Both the position numbers and the translations under genes were made by a program. DNA of 64,000 nucleotides from Alphaproteobacteria bacterium (GTDB lineage: Bacteria; Pseudomonadota; Alphaproteobacteria; MPNO01), in the NCBI GenBank assembly GCA_964291675.2, contig OZ219866.1, positions 1,408,001 to 1,472,000 of the forward strand. Direction: 5' to 3'. The stretch's first letter is position 1, and every line of letters begins with the position of its first letter. The notes beneath the pieces are model-generated. The model made no database searches, was not told where the DNA came from, and worked only from the letters and a program-made list of their open reading frames with translations. Positions 62,873 through 64,000 of this stretch are shown in pieces.

Positions 62873-64000
62873 CCTTCGCCGCTCGAACGATCCGCCGCCG
62901 CGATGGCCGCCAGCAGCCGGCGCGGTGTGATCGGGCACTCGGTGATCTCGACCCCGAGCGGGGCGAGCGCATCGTTGATCGCGTTGGCGATGGCGGCCGG
63001 CGGGCCGATCGCGCCGCCCTCGCCGATGCCCTTCTGCCCGAAGGTGGTATAGGGCGCGGGAGTCTCCATGTGATCGACGCGGATCGAGGGGATCTCGGTC
63101 GGTCCCGGCAGGAGGTAGTCGGCGAGCGTGGGCGCGAGCGGCTGGCCGTCGTCCGCGTAGGGCATCTCCTCGTAGAGCGCCTGGCCGATCCCCTGTCCGG
63201 TGCCGCCATGCACCTGGCCGTCGACGATCATCGGGTTGACCAGCACGCCGCCGTCCTCGACCACCGCGTAGTCGAGGATCTCGACCTCGCCGGTCGCGGT
63301 ATCGACGGCGACCACGGCGGCGTGGCTGGCATAGCTGAAGGTGCCGGAATCGCGCGCCGGCTTGTAGCCGCCGACCGCCTCCAGCCCCTGCGGGTCGGCG
63401 TCCTGCGTGAGGTCCTGCGGGCGGAGATACCAGGTGCGCCCGATTTCCGCGAGCGTCACGCTGCCGGACGGGCCGGCGACCCTTCCGTCCTCCAGCCGCA
63501 CCGAGGCGGGGTCGACCTGGAGCAGCCCGGCGCCGATCTGGCGGATGCGCTCGGCGAGCCGCTTGCACGCCTCGGCAACGGCGCCGCCCGCCTGGATCAT
63601 GCAGCGCGACCCCCAGGTGCCGGTCGAATAGGGGGTGTAGGCGGTATCGCCCAGCACCACCCTGACGGCGTCGGTGTCGATGCCGAGCACCTCGTGCGCC
63701 ACCTGGGCGAGCGTGGTCTCCAGCCCCTGGCCGTGGCTGTGCACGCCGACGCGGAGCTCCAGCCCGCCGTCGGGCGTCATCCGCGCCACCGCCTGCTCGA
63801 AGCCGGGGATCATCGGGATGCCCCAGCCGGCATAGACCGAGGTGCCGTGCCCGGCCTGTTCGCAGAAGATCGAGAAGCCGAGCCCGATGCGCCGCCCGTC
63901 CGGCTCGCCGCGGCCCTGGCGCGCGCGCACCCCGGCGACGTCGATCGCCGCGGCGGCGCGGCGCAGGCACTCGGGATAGTCGCCCGAGTCGTAGTGCCGG
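62869..64000 (-). CDS. Xanthine dehydrogenase-family molybdopterin subunit (5' end outside the window)
   Basis: HSHGQG, TWGSR, NPMIVDGQ, QKGIGEGG. Confidence 0.9.
   Translation of the reverse strand, partial: RHYDSGDYPECLRRAAAAIDVAGVRARQGRGEPDGRRIGLGFSIFCEQAGHGTSVYAGWGIPMIPGFEQAVARMTPDGGLELRVGVHSHGQGLETTLAQVAHEVLGIDTDAVRVVLGDTAYTPYSTGTWGSRCMIQAGGAVAEACKRLAERIRQIGAGLLQVDPASVRLEDGRVAGPSGSVTLAEIGRTWYLRPQDLTQDADPQGLEAVGGYKPARDSGTFSYASHAAVVAVDTATGEVEILDYAVVEDGGVLVNPMIVDGQVHGGTGQGIGQALYEEMPYADDGQPLAPTLADYLLPGPTEIPSIRVDHMETPAPYTTFGQKGIGEGGAIGPPAAIANAINDALAPLGVEITECPITPRRLLAAIAAADRSSGEG

Overview
Very GC-rich alphaproteobacterial chromosome segment. The uvrC-pgsA-mobB-moeA-moaD-moaE, dapF-mtaB-ftsY and ilvE/MarR gene order suggests Rhodospirillales; this is inferred from synteny. 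Housekeeping genes are interleaved with catabolic clusters (three Rieske oxygenases, a TRAP transporter, two molybdo-hydroxylases, a NicX-like dioxygenase) and a repeat-rich surface adhesin. Most notable signals: (1) an IS1111-type (IS110 family) element inserted at the centre of a palindromic REP-like repeat, whose 3' non-coding region contains guide segments matching both its target and its own circle junction (bridge/seek RNA architecture), with four empty perfect targets nearby; (2) a hidden AhpD/CMD selenoprotein (CPF-UGA plus a SECIS-like hairpin); (3) an integrase-less cassette of a 20-aa peptide and a DUF4760-like membrane protein, bracketed by a 136-bp direct repeat; (4) an AT-rich DnaA-box/IHF/Fis-like element upstream of uvrC resembling E. 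coli DARS; (5) two heme-oxygenase-like diiron enzymes flanking a RidA gene; (6) a HipA-like kinase/DUF3037 pair whose kinase is inactivated twice (nonsense codon plus IS256). Family assignments come from motif recognition by eye; no database searches were run.
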